Shown: positions 1 through 12,082, numbered from the whole stretch's first letter. The stretch: DNA of 63,441 nucleotides, filler included, from Reticulomyxa filosa (GCA_000512085.1; 16 parts of 16 records of this genome joined end to end with filler, not necessarily neighbours in it), one strand, 5' to 3'. Numbers and translations: made by a program. Notes: a model not told the origin generated them from the sequence alone.

Positions 1-44
<44 letters not shown>

Positions 45-223
45 TGTATGTACGGTTTTATTACAAAATATGGAGTCTTGTACCTAAAAACCGAGAGGCT
101 CTTTTTTTTTTTAAACATGCACACATGCAAACGTATAAATATAAAAACTATTTACGAATTGGATTGTCACAAAATAATAATAATAATAATAATATATACA
201 TATATATTTATTAATTTATTTAG

Positions 224-698
224 ACATCAGCCCAACTGGCGAGCTATGATCACACGAAATATATTCTCAAATCTTATGCAATAATGAAAGAGGGCACGAA
301 CTTGCACATCGTCGCAAGTTTGGTCGCAGGCTTTTGTGCCTCTGTTGTTTGCGCGCCAGCCGATTTGGTCAAAACTCGAATAATGTGTGATCCTTATCGC
401 GAGTTGTACCGGAACCCGATCGATTGTGCGATCAAAACTGTCAAGTATGACGGTGTGCTCGGGTTATTTCGTGGATGGGCACCTTCGTATGCTCGGATTG
501 GACCTCATTTTATTATTGGTGTGACAAATACAATTTTTTTTTTTTTTTTTTAATAGTATATACATGTACATATACATATATATATTTATGTATCCGCAAA
601 ATGAACAAATACACACACACACACATACTGAGATAGCGTTTCCATTGTTGGAGCAGATACGTTGGTTTTTAGGTTTGGGCTATTTTGCGACTCAATGA
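224..698 (+). CDS. Mitochondrial carrier (SLC25; UCP/dicarboxylate-oxoglutarate-like), last two exons, 5' truncated
   Basis: Exon 224-518 reads TSAQLASYDHTK...CAPADLVKTRIM (PxDxxKTR carrier signature)...GLFRGWAPSYARIGPHFII. A GT-AG intron at 519-636 is followed by exon 637-698, AFPLLEQIRWFLGLGYFATQ*. Confidence 0.9.
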
Positions 699-1412
699 AA
701 CATCCAAGCCCGAAATCAAATGTATAAAACTGGTGTTTGTTGTTGTTGATATTTGTGGTTTTAATATCAACCGTGTGTTATTTAACCAAAGTGTTGTTTG
801 CTCCCTTTTTTTTTTTTTTTTTTGTATCTTCTCCTCCCAAAAAGCAAGGAAATTGCACTAATCTTTTTTGTGTTCTTTACAAAGTAATCACCACGTCGCT
901 GTTTACATTGCGAAACACTCGTACTCTTTTAGTTTAGATATGTATTTTTTTGTTCGAGCTCTCTGCTCTGTTAAAAAAAGCTAGTTTTTTTTGGTGTTAA
1001 AAAAAAGCATTACAATGAAGAAAATCACCAACCAAAATCGAGTATTTGACAAAACATTCACAAGAATGAAAAATAATAAATAATAAGGAGAGTTTATAAA
1101 ACTACGTGCTTTTTTTTTTTTTTTCATCTTAACAAACCTACTCACCAAAAAAAAAAAATAAACAACCTAATAAGCCAAGGCTACACATTAAATCCAACAT
1201 TTTGTTGTTTGTATACACAAAAAACAGCAAAACGTTGAAGGCTATACATCTACCTAAGACATACAAAACAAACAAAAAAAAAAACCTGAGGGAGAACATT
1301 TTTACCCAATACCTCCGCTCAACACACAACCACGTCTGCATCAATCAAAGTAGAAAGTGATACCAACGTGAAAAAAGTAAGGAAAAAAAAGTTAAAAAAA
1401 AAAAAAGAAAGA

Positions 1413-2449
1413 TCACGTTTGCCGCTGTTGTGATCGGACATGTTCTTTAAAGCTCGGTTGTTCGGCATCAGAAGCAATGCCGGGGGAAAACATCGTGCCA
1501 TTTGTTTCTTCCTCGTCGTAATCGCTGAGAATGTGCAAGCCCTCCAACTCCATTTCTGTGCCCTGCTTCTGTATAGGCTCCACTTTGTTGTGCTCTGCGG
1601 CGTCCAGTTGTTGAAGGATTTTGGTGATCACCTCAGCCTTGATCGTGTCCGTGTCCGTGTTCATTGCTGTATCGGTATCCGTTCCTGTGGCAGCTCCTGC
1701 CTCCCACTCGTCGCTGCTCTCCTCGTCGACGCCGCAATATTGATGATCTTGCTCGCACCCGCCACTTTGGTGGCGTTGGCTTTCGCCGCTCGCGTTTGCG
1801 TGTTCTTTTGTTTTTGGCTCCGAATAATCGCTGTAGCTGTCGTTGTTGCTGTTGCTGTTGCTGTTGCTGTTGTTGATTTGGACTGTGTGTTGGGCGCTTT
1901 TATCGACGTAGGCATGGGGATTGGCGAAGGTCGGCCGGGGGAGTTGACGTAGTGGAAAGAGGACTGTTGAGCGGGCAGAGGACCGTAATATTTGGGATAG
2001 CTTGGAATGCTTGCTAACAATTGTCGGATTAATCCTGTTGTCGTTTCTGCATCTCTGTGATCATCGTCGTGATCGTGATCGTGATCGTGATCGTGGGTAT
2101 CCTTTTCGTTTTTCTCATCATCTTCATCGTTTATACGCACGTGCGCATGTGCGTGTACATTGTCGGTCTCAGCTTCATCCTCGTTTTTGTCCCGGTCCTC
2201 ATCCTCGTACAACACTTCGTCTTCCGCTTCCGTCTCCACTTGCATTGGCGTCATTGATTCCACTTTTATCTTTATGTTTGCATTTGTCGTTGTCGTTGTC
2301 GTTGTCGTTGTCGCTGTCGCTGTCGCTGTTGCTGTTGCCATTGCTGTTGCCATTGCTGTTGCTGTCTTTGTCTTTGGCTTTGTCCTTATCTTTGGATTCG
2401 GTTTGGATTTTGCATTTGCAGTTACATTTGCTTTTGCATTTGTTTTCAT
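1413..2449 (-). CDS. Hypothetical low-complexity protein (T/A, D/H, acidic tracts), partial, boundaries uncertain
   Basis: Two abutting minus-strand ORFs (1661-2449, 1413-1664) with coding-like composition. No recognisable domain. Confidence 0.5.
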
Positions 2450-2461
2450 GTTTGTTTTTTC

Positions 2462-2561
2462 NNNNNNNNNNNNNNNNNNNNNNNNNNNNNNNNNNNNNNN
2501 NNNNNTTAATTAATTAANNNNNNNNNNNNNNNNNNNNNNNNNNNNNNNNNNNNNNNNNNNN
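2462..2561. other. Artificial contig spacer N44-TTAATTAATTAA-N44 (first of 15)
   Basis: Identical 100-nt spacers start at 2462, 3619, 6139, 7562, 8900, 13225, 15155, 21831, 23870, 29566, 33099, 38331, 58589, 60410 and 61537. The palindromic 12-mer puts TAA in all six frames. Confidence 0.99.
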
Positions 2562-2663
2562 ACATTATTATCTTCTATTTTTCGTGCTCTCTCTCTCTCT
2601 CTCTCTTCTTTTTCAAAATAAAAAAAATGATATGTATTCATTTACTCGTAAGCACAAAAGTCA

Positions 2664-3557
2664 ATGACAACGACAACGAAACAACAAACAAATAAACAAA
2701 CAAAGATGTTTTTGAACAACAAATGGGTGGCCTTGGAACAAGTGACATACGAAGAAATGAAAAAGCGAATGAGCAGCGAAGAATGGATAGAAATAACGGA
2801 AGAGGACAGAGACTATGAGCCTGCGAAATGCAGCCAGGGACCACTGCATTTGAGATACAGTCCTTTGTATTTGAAGTTCCGACAAGAAATGAAATCGATC
2901 GACGCAGTGATCTGCGACTTTTGTGAGAACCAAGTGAAGACGACCACAAGTGTGCCAAGGCAAGTCATGGACTTGATATGGGAGTTTGTCTATTATAAAA
3001 CGTTTTCTGTTCATTGCAGCTTGGATATTCGCTGTCGTCTGACGGTGAACTTGAATGTACTTGATTTGGAACTAAGCGGATTCACATCCCGATATAACCT
3101 CACTGGTTCCAATCAAACGTTGCTCGGTAGTCGAAACACACCTTCTGAAACGTCGTTGTTGTGGCCTCCTTCGTCCGAACAACTCAGTGTGAAATATTAC
3201 TCGTTTATCACATGGCAGACCATTGGCGTCGTCAATATCCCGTTACCAGGCAAAATCATTCGACAAGTCATTCGTGAACGCTATGACAAACTCAAAGAAA
3301 CACTTTTGAACAAATCTTCTGAAGAAGGACAAGAAATTGAAGATTCTTTTGCTCTTCTCAATTCTACCCCTCATTTCAGTCTTAGCAGTGTCGGTATCAA
3401 AATTTCCACATCCACGTCCACCGAGTCGGACATTGATGATATCATTGGATATACTAGCTTTAGTCGTCGCATGGCCGAAAAGGGATTCGTGTCCACAACC
3501 ATTGTTGCTTTTTTATCTAACCATGGTATTTTAACTGCGTTAATTATTGATTCACAG
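2664..3557 (+). CDS. Hypothetical protein with F-box/BC-box-like helical motif, 3' truncated
   Basis: Open frame of about 300 codons ending at a GTTTGT donor (3558). Contains SIDAVICDFCENQ...VPRQVMDLIWEF. Confidence 0.6.
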
Positions 3558-3718
3558 GTTTGTATGTATACGTTTGTATTGTTTTTTTTTTTTTTTTTTT
3601 TTGCTATTTATTTGTCCANNNNNNNNNNNNNNNNNNNNNNNNNNNNNNNNNNNNNNNNNNNNTTAATTAATTAANNNNNNNNNNNNNNNNNNNNNNNNNN
3701 NNNNNNNNNNNNNNNNNN

Positions 3719-4235
3719 TGGTGGAAATGGATATACAATTTGTTCTGGATCATGGGATAATAACATTCGAATGTGGGATATCGAGACAACAAAACAATTC
3801 AATATATTTAAAGAACATACAGATAATGTGAGGAGTGTAAAATATGGATCAAATGAATTAATAAATATAATATTATCTGGATCAGATGATAGAACTGTTC
3901 GTTTGTGTGATATTCGATCTGGTCAACAAATTCAAGTGTTCAATGGACATACAATGCAAGTATTTGCTGTTGAATATCCGCCATTTATAATAAAGAATAG
4001 TATTGGTAATTCAAATGTGATATGTTCTGGATCATCTGATAATACAATTCGTTTTTGGGATATTCGATCAAATAAGAATCAATTGTATATGATCAAAGGA
4101 TATGATAAAGAAGATTATGGAATAATTTGCCTTAAATGTATTGTATTAAAAAAGAAAGAAAAGACAAAGAATGCTACATATGATTTGAATTTGTGTTATG
4201 GTTCATGGAAAGGTCCAATTCGTATTTGGGGATAA
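3719..4235 (+). CDS. WD40-repeat protein C-terminus (expanded lineage-specific family)
   Basis: GGNGYTICSGSWDNNIRMWDIET...SGSSDNTIRFWDIRSNK...NLCYGSWKGPIRIWG*. Closely matches the WD40 part of 33387-34775. Confidence 0.92.
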
Positions 4236-5292
4236 TTTACTTTTTCGTCAAATAAGAAATGAAAATATTTTTGTTTGAAAAGTTTGATTAAAAGAAAAGT
4301 AAGCTGATATTAAATTTGTTTGATTTGATTGAATGCAAGCATTGAAGGATGTGTTTTATTTTACTTTATTGTTTAAAAAAATTAAAAAAGCTGCATTCAA
4401 TGTTTTTTAAAGAGTTGAAAAGCATAATAGTAAGACTTGTATCAAATATCAAAATAAATTGCAAAATATTTTAAGTATTGCGTTTTCTTCAATACTAATT
4501 TTATAAATTGTTTAATATCTATTTGCTATTGTTTTTTGTATAGTATCGAACACTCAAAACAGGATAAAATAAAAAAGACGACAGTGTGCATTATCAAAAA
4601 CAACATTTTCTCCTGAAGCAGGAATGAATGGTCAATAATTCAAAAGAATGCAATCAGATAAAACGATTCTTTAATCTCAGGAATAGTTCATCTTAAGATA
4701 GCTCTCTCTCTAAGCTGTGACTGTATGCAAAGTAAATATATCCTTCATGATATCATATTCTATATCCATTTGCATCAGTCTGAAACAAAGACGTTGAAAA
4801 AAGTATTATTTTAAGAATCCGTTTACATTCAATCCTTACGTTTTTGACAACATGATATTTTTAATAAAGGAAAAAAAGATAAATCAAAAAGCTTTATTCA
4901 CATATTTTCATCTCGAACATAAATTGAGCCTTTGATTGACCTATCATTTTTTGATTTATTTTCGTCATTTGTTTTACTTGTCTATTATCTGATTTTGATA
5001 CAAAGTCAAATCAGAATAAAAGTTTAACCACTTTATACAAAACAATTTAGTATTGATTATAACAAAATGAAAGCCAATTTTGTTTTTTTGCGAGGTTACC
5101 AAAATATAGTATTAAAACATTCTGCACTTCCAAAATATAATCAAACCATTGTGTAATATAATCAATATTGTAAGAACATTATATTTTTATTTTCCTAGTC
5201 AAATTATAACTTTTAAAAGGATAATTTTTTCCATGTACTTCCCCCTTTTAAAAAAATCTAAAACTACTTCAGAATTTCTCAACATTAATAAC

Positions 5293-6138
5293 ATGAACAA
5301 TAAAACTTTCAAACTTTGAAGGTTACCCATTCCACTTGATGAGCCTCAATGTGTACCACATAAAAACGAAATCCTCATATGTGGATGTTGGGACAAAAGA
5401 GCTTGTTATTCTTATCATATATACTCAAAAATGAATATAAGCTTATCTGTGAGTATCCAAGTGATGTTCAATTAGTAGGGCACTGTGTAATTAAATTAGT
5501 AGATAACAACAACAAATACAGCAATCAAATCACTTTGTTGTCTTTTGGTGGAGCTAGAAATACAAAAAGACATACATTGATGATGAAATATGAAAGTGTT
5601 TGGAGTAATATATCAAATAAATTAAAGAAATCAAACAATTGCAATCAATGGATTCCTTTTACAAATAATGACAATCATCCAATTATCATTGGAACAGATA
5701 AGAATAATTATTGTGGAGCACGTGCAGTGATTGGTGGAAGCAATAATCATTTGTTGTTTATCACTTATTATCCACGTAATATCAGTGTATTTAATTTAAA
5801 TTTATTTAAATTTATTCAACATGATACTCTATCAGATACTATTCAATATCATGGCTTTATATTAAAATCAAAAAATGAACAAGAACAAGAAAAAAATAGC
5901 CAAAATTATGAGATGCTGTTGTTTGGTAAAGAAGTGTTATTATCAATTGAATATGACGAATATAACAATACTTTTCAAGTTCAACAACCTATTCGTTGTA
6001 TTAGATCATTCAATAGATGTGCATATGCGTGTGTCAGTGATACTATTTTGTTCTTTGGTGGATGGAATATTGGGCAGAATAGTGGACGAAATATTGGATG
6101 GAATAGTGGACGGAATGGTAGATGGAATAGTGTATATG
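5293..6138 (+). pseudogene. Kelch-like beta-propeller gene with several frameshifts, 3' truncated
   Basis: Segments (F)QTLK / PIPLDEPQCVPHKNEILICG...ACYSYHI / LKNEYKLICEYPSDVQLVGHCV...LLSFGG...ILFFGGWN lie in different frames. Indels are near 5308, 5322 and 5420. Confidence 0.75.
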
Positions 6139-6238
6139 NNNNNNNNNNNNNNNNNNNNNNNNNNNNNNNNNNNNNNNNNNNNTTAATTAATTAANNNNNN
6201 NNNNNNNNNNNNNNNNNNNNNNNNNNNNNNNNNNNNNN

Positions 6239-6918
6239 CGCCGGCCTGATCAAGCTATCCAACAGCCCGGTGTACTCGCTGCGGCACAACACTTCCATTC
6301 CGCTGGCGTTGCAAATGATCGGCGCGCGCAATGTGGCCTTTCTATGCCCGCGCCTTTTTGCTGCAGTCGTCAGTGGCAAACGGCAGTAGCACCACCCGCT
6401 TCTGGGATTCCTCCTGGCGGGTGGCCGAGATGTCTGCCCGGCTGGCGAAACAGCTGCACAAGGACAAGCACGACGAAGTATTCACTTTCGGTTTGTTCCG
6501 GGATGTCGGTATTGCCGTGCTGATGACCCACTACGCCAACTACAAAGCCATCCTGAACCAGGCCAACCAGGACGCCGAGCAGGTGTTTACCGAGCACGAA
6601 AACCGGGAGTATGGCGTCAACCACGCCCAGGTTGGCGCTTTCATTGCAGCTGACTGGCACCTGCCGGATTACTTCGTGGCAGCCATTCATTGCCATCACG
6701 ACCCCGCTAGCCTGCAGGCCATGGCCTTGCCGGCGGCCGCACAACAGCGGGCGATGGAAATGATTGCCTTGGCACAGATCGCCGAACACGCGGTGCAGCA
6801 GCGTACCGGTCTGAGCCAGACGCACGAATGGGTGAAACTGAAAGACTTCTGCATGAACACCTTGCAATTGGCTGAGCCGGCGCTGGACGAGCTGATCGCC
6901 AGCTGCGAAACAGCCTAG
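6239..6918 (+). CDS. Bacterial HDOD-domain signal-transduction protein, 5' truncated
   Basis: LIKLSNSPVYS...ALQMIG, FW, FTFGLFRDVG, E...YGVNHAQVGAFIAADWHLP, AIHCHH motifs. GC-rich and intronless. One extra T at 6339-6341 splits the frame. Confidence 0.88.
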
Positions 6919-6949
6919 GCCGGCACCAGCCCTTTACCTTGCCTGTGCC

Positions 6950-6978
6950 GTTGGCCGCAGTAGCTCCCTGCGGCCAAC
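6950..6978 (+). terminator. Perfect 11-bp GC-rich hairpin downstream of the HDOD gene
   Basis: GTTGGCCGCAG-tagctcc-CTGCGGCCAAC lies about 30 nt after the stop. There is no U-tract, so it could be a stabilising or REP-like hairpin rather than an intrinsic terminator. Confidence 0.5.
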
Positions 6979-7280
6979 CATGCAGTTAGCCGTACCCGTT
7001 GGCCCAGAACGTGTTACTGTGCAGGCTGTCACCTGTCGCACATTTGGTGCCGACCTGTAGCGTGACGTCCTTTTCGTTACCCGCATGCCCTTTCTTGCCT
7101 GACTGTTCCAGTGAAGCGCTTGCCCGTTCGATCAGAACATTTCCTCATGCCAAGCATGCTTCCCTGCCGTAGCGCTGTTGCCGTCCAGCACGAGTTCTTT
7201 CGCCGAAGCCTGTGAAGCACCTTACATATCGTCGCAACACGATCAGGCCTCGTTGCGCATTCATCTGAATTGGAGACCCC

Positions 7281-7541
7281 ATGTCAAAAGAAGACATGAT
7301 TGAGCTGGAAGGCGTTGTTACCGAGATGTTGCCGGAGTCGCGCTTTCGCGTACAGCTGGATAACGGGCTGGAAATTCTTGCCTATGGTTCCGGCAAGATG
7401 AAGATGCACCGGATCCGCGTCATCCAGGGCGACCGCGTTACCGTGGAAATGTCACCTTACGACCTGAGCCGTGGCCGCATCAACTTCCGGCACCCGACGC
7501 CCAAGACGCATCATCAGCCGTTTGTGAAGCACAAGTACTGA
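7281..7541 (+). CDS. infA: Translation initiation factor IF-1 (long 86-aa form)
   Basis: [18 protein letters not shown]...FRVQLDNG...[10 protein letters not shown]...[21 protein letters not shown]. Shine-Dalgarno GGAG at 7272-7275. Confidence 0.97.
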   Translation: MSKEDMIELEGVVTEMLPESRFRVQLDNGLEILAYGSGKMKMHRIRVIQGDRVTVEMSPYDLSRGRINFRHPTPKTHHQPFVKHKY

Positions 7542-7703
7542 AGCAGGGCTTAGGGCCTGTTNNNNNNNNNNNNNNNNNNNNNNNNNNNNNNNNNNNNNNN
7601 NNNNNTTAATTAATTAANNNNNNNNNNNNNNNNNNNNNNNNNNNNNNNNNNNNNNNNNNNNATAAGTGCAACTACATTTTGTTACACATTAATAAAATTT
7701 TTA

Positions 7704-7871
7704 AAATTTAATATCAGATCGGTAAGGAACTAATTGCTTACCATAATATTTAAATTTCTTCTTAGTCCAAAGGAAGTTGGAACTTTTCCTCTTCCTTTTT
7801 TCTAAGAAGAACCCCCAAGGTCCGCAGTCTTACTGCAATATGGAAATTTTCACCGAAAGGTGAAAATTTCC
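7704..7871. other. Cluster of consecutive stem-loops (candidate structured RNA or mobile-element terminus)
   Basis: Four adjacent inverted repeats, including the perfect 13-bp stem GGAAATTTTCACC-GAAA-GGTGAAAATTTCC (7842-7871). Confidence 0.6.
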
Positions 7872-8352
7872 TCTCAATTTCTTTCTATTCTCTTCTTATT
7901 TTGCTGTCCTGGTTGCAGTTTTCTTAAATAGTTGCGAAGTGTTTGTTGAAATGGAAAGTGGGTCTAGTCAATGAGACTAAAATGGTTAAAGAAGTGTCTA
8001 CACAAAAAGGAATGATATCACAATACAAGAAAGTTGGGATTCAAAAATGAAGTAAGTGAGAGGTTGAGACTTTGGTATCAAATATAACTGAAATGGTAGA
8101 AATATAATGATTACAATAAGAAAATTTTGATTTGCAAAAAGAAAAAGGACATTACAACTTTTTTTTTTTTAATTGACTTGACGTTTTCTTTGCAAAATGA
8201 AATGTTAAGAACAAAAGGACTAAGAATATATTAAGAAGGAGCAAGAAAATTTGCATTTGTGTCATGTGTCAAGACCAGGTCCAAGGTCGAATTGACAATA
8301 GCGAGCTTGTTGACGCAGAAAAGACCTCTTTGCGATTGAAGAAAGAGTTGAC

Positions 8353-8727
8353 ATGAATGGCTGCATACTGATCAATGGAATATACTGCATACGTGATATG
8401 AAGGTGACAATTGATATATTTCCGGAACAAGCGACATGGTTGAAGGTAGTGATCAAATTGAATAGAAATAAGAAAAATAAAGAAAAGGAAGAGCATGTGA
8501 AGGTGATTTATCCCGTATCGATCGAGCGAGATGTCCAAGTGAAGACGCAAGATCCTCAAAAGTACGTCGGGATTCCTGATAACCATTTGAAGATTAGTTT
8601 AATCGATGTCTTCTTACCCAAAGACATCATCATCCTCGTCGAAAGAGACAGTAAATCACAATCATCTCTTCCATGGTCATTGATCAATAGAAAAATTTTC
8701 AACCTGGAGATATTCTGGACGCTCAAG
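8353..8727 (+). CDS. Hypothetical protein exon, possibly a degenerate multicopy family member
   Basis: Open frame ...YPVSIERDVQVKTQDPQKYVGIPDNHLKISLIDVFLP..., followed by an intron-like (AT)n tract. Confidence 0.4.
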
Positions 8728-8999
8728 TTATATATATGTATATATTTATGTATATGTACATTTATATATTTATAATATTTATATATTATTCAAATTTATT
8801 TATTTATTTTGTTTTGAATCATAATGCATGTTTATGTGTTGTAACAAAGGTATACATTCATGTGGTCACTCATGAAGGGAGTCCAAACGCAAGGAAAGCN
8901 NNNNNNNNNNNNNNNNNNNNNNNNNNNNNNNNNNNNNNNNNNNTTAATTAATTAANNNNNNNNNNNNNNNNNNNNNNNNNNNNNNNNNNNNNNNNNNNN

Positions 9000-9087
9000 C
9001 CAACAAGTAATCCAACAAGTAATCCAACGAGTAACCCAACAAGGAATCCAACAAGGAATCCAACACATGGCCCAACGGGTGCGCCCC
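9000..9087 (+). repeat. 12-bp coding tandem repeat (PTSN/PTRN)
   Basis: CCAACAAGTAAT-type units repeated about 7 times, running off the contig start. Confidence 0.9.
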
Positions 9088-10467
9088 CAGGAGTGCGTCG
9101 CCTGGCCAAACTCGAAGCGTACACGTCGTCGTTGCAAGAAACAGAAGAGCAGTATCCCATCCGAGTCAAAATTCCCAGCTCGCTGGACTTGGAGGGGGCC
9201 CGCAATGTTCGCGTACGCATCTTCGGTGAGTTTAAGGAGACCAATGGAAGCTTAACGAACATGACCTTTTTCACCATCTTGGGGGTCCCTCGTATTGTCA
9301 ATCCAATCTTGTTTTATGGTAACGAATATATCTACGTTGTACACAACACGTTTTATAAAACATAAACACAAATATTTATGTATATACAGTATGTATTGTG
9401 TACATATACATGTCAAGATATATCCACATATTTGTACGTATACTTTTGTACAGACAATTCCAGTGTGGCTTTGTCGTTTGGCAAAACGAACATTGCCTTT
9501 GCGGAACCGGTGTCGCTGAAGGTGAGTGTGGGAACTCAAAAAATTCCTTTGGTGGTTGGTCTTGTGCCATCGTCCTCGTCCTCGTCCTCGCCCTCGCCCT
9601 TGCCGTGGTTCTCGCTTGGGTGCAATTCGCAATACGAGGCATCACAGTATAATACCTTTGGCTGGTTGTCCAAATCTGGTTTCCTGATTTTGGACGGAAA
9701 CTATTCTGCCGGCTTGTATTGGGTGTCTCCTGATTCGGATGGCAGTGATTGGTCCATGTACGCTTTGACAGGAGACTTGCCACCTCCTTTGGTCTTTATC
9801 GACACGTCCGATGGCGATTACGCTCTTGGCTTTGACGCTGACAACAACAATACCGTTAATCATTACAGTAGTAATTCTTTTGCCATTTCCAACGCTGAAA
9901 CAGTTGCGCAATTTTACATACGTATACATATGTTGTACGTTTTAATCCAATGCGTTTTTAACTTTTTTAAGTTAAAAAGAAATTATGTATACGTAATGTT
10001 TTTTTTTTGGGGGGGGAATTAATGTGTAGGTCCAATTGATAACAGGAGAGACAGTAACGCTGGAAATAACAACGGCCTTCAACACGAGCACGTTAATGTC
10101 GTATTCGATTACGCAAGAGCAGGACGAACAAATCGTGTACACTTCTTCGAGCGTGGATTTTAGCTATGACTCTTCCGTGACGCTTAACCAACTTTCCATT
10201 TTGGTACCTGATGACTTGAAGACCGATGAGGATGTCCAAACGTACATTGTATTCACCGCTCACAGTTGCAACAACTCCGCCGATATTAGTACCATGATCA
10301 ACTTACAAGTCGGAGAATCTGACAGCAGCAGCAGCGATTCTAAGAAAGCCATCATCATTGGTGTGTCTGTTGCCGCTGCGGTGTGCGTTGTTGGCGTGCT
10401 TGTGGCATTGTGGTGGTTGAGACGCCGAAAGTCCAGAGGAGAGTATACTGCCATCGAAGAGAAATAA
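9000..10467 (+). CDS. Single-pass type I membrane protein with PT-repeat stalk, three exons, 5' truncated
   Basis: PTxx repeats, then a beta-rich ectodomain, TM IIIGVSVAAAVCVVGVLVALWWL, basic stop-transfer RRRK and tail GEYTAIEEK*. Confidence 0.8.
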
Positions 10468-10932
10468 ATTTCATCTGCGATTTTTACATTTGGAAATTTC
10501 TCCAGAAAATTCTAACGGGCTAGTTCGCAAATATTTTTTTGAAAATGCATTGTATTTTTCAATTTTTTAAATAATTATCCCTTTTTTTTTGTCTTGTCTT
10601 TTCCCTTGTTATCGTTTTGCTGTTTTATTTTGTAAGCAAATTAATTGGGAACATATCACGAACCAAAACAAATTTTAAAAATTAAATAAATAAACGAATA
10701 TGGTTACTCGCCCCAAAAAACCAAATCTCTTAAAAGTTGAACCGCATCACACTACTTTTATCATGGCATAAACAAATCAATAAATGTTTGCTTTTACACT
10801 TTTTTGAGCTTGTCTAAGGAAAAGTATCACTAAATCTCGACGAAACGAAAAGGAAAATGTGACATAAAACGCTGTTTCTTTGGAAATGGCCCTTTAATTC
10901 ATCGGAACAAATATATATAGTGATAATTTTCA

Positions 10933-12082
10933 ATGAGCTCAGAAGCAGCCGCAAAGATAAATGCCAAAGCACGAAGATTGCTACAATTAATGAAAAATCC
11001 GGCCTTGAAAAGTGTTCCAACGCCGTCATTACAAAAATTCTTGCAAGACCAGGTCGACAACATATTTGTGTGTCTGCGAAATGGCATAAAAGATCCGTTT
11101 ATGGAGAAATGGAGATTAGAAATACGCCAAAGCACCATTACAGATGCAGGTATTTTTTCAAATTGAACGAGCCTTGCTCATTCTGTCAGTCCTTTTTGTG
11201 AAACAAAACACGAAAGAAAGAGAGAACCAATCATCAACGAGAGTGGAGCAAAGGGCAACCACACAAAAAAAATTGTTTCAAAAATGTCGCGCTATTTCTT
11301 ACACACTTTGAAAAAAAAATCCCTCCTTTGTCTGCGTAGCATAGATCGTGGCTTATTTATCAAAGGAGGCGTCGCTCCAGCTGGACGTGTGGTATGCTTT
11401 TATCCTGGCCAGATCTGGAGAGAAGAAGATATTGAGCCTTTGTTAGAACGTGCAAGAAAAGGAGATGAAATGGCCAATTCTCAAATAGAACAAAGTATTT
11501 TTTTTCTTATCTCTTCTTTCCTCCTCTCCTTATCTCTGCTTCAATTCCTTTTTTTTTTTCCTTTTTTACGAGATAGTTCTCTCATTTCGGTATACGTATT
11601 CCCGTGAAGGCGGTACTCTCATCGATAGTACTCCATGCGAGAGATTGCATCAAGTGGTGCGGAAGAACCCATTTGCCTTAGGCTATTTGGCGAACCATCC
11701 GCCAAAAGGCCAAGTCCCCAATGTCATCTCGGTCGATGTTCCCAAACAATTCACCGATGCTGAAAAACCATATATCCCGACATGGCACGAAAATAATAAC
11801 ATAGTTGAGGAGAGCATTCATATCTCAAAATTGCAGTACAAAATCATAATATGACAATATAACAACAAACAAATAATAAATAATTGAAAATATACTAAGA
11901 CTGATCATTTAGTTACTGTGTTCGTTGCAACAAACGATCTTTGTGACGGAGATGAAATCTTCTTGGATTATGAACTGGGAGACGCTGCTGATCAAGGCTC
12001 ACTACCAGAGTGGTATCATTACATTCCGGCAAATGCCTATACTCATGGTGTCGTCGACAGTGAAAAACCAAATAAGAACTAA
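10933..12082 (+). CDS. SET-domain protein, SETD9-like, four exons
   Basis: Exons 10933-11149, 11345-11494, 11577-~11802 and ~11900-12082 give STITDA|DRGLFIKG...VCFYPG...NPFALGYLANHPP...VFVATNDLCDGDEIFLDY...PEWY. Confidence 0.8.

Noticed and set aside
1-36. Poly-T at the window start read as a retrocopy tail or telomere
   Set aside because: Homopolymer runs are common in these introns and mark several contig breaks.
2506-2517. Recurrent palindrome TTAATTAATTAA and ORFs ending XXX-LIN
   Set aside because: Synthetic concatenation spacer, not biological.
6139-7661. Horizontal transfer of bacterial genes into the protist genome
   Set aside because: Spacers flank both sides, so there is no physical linkage to host DNA, and there are no introns or signs of amelioration.
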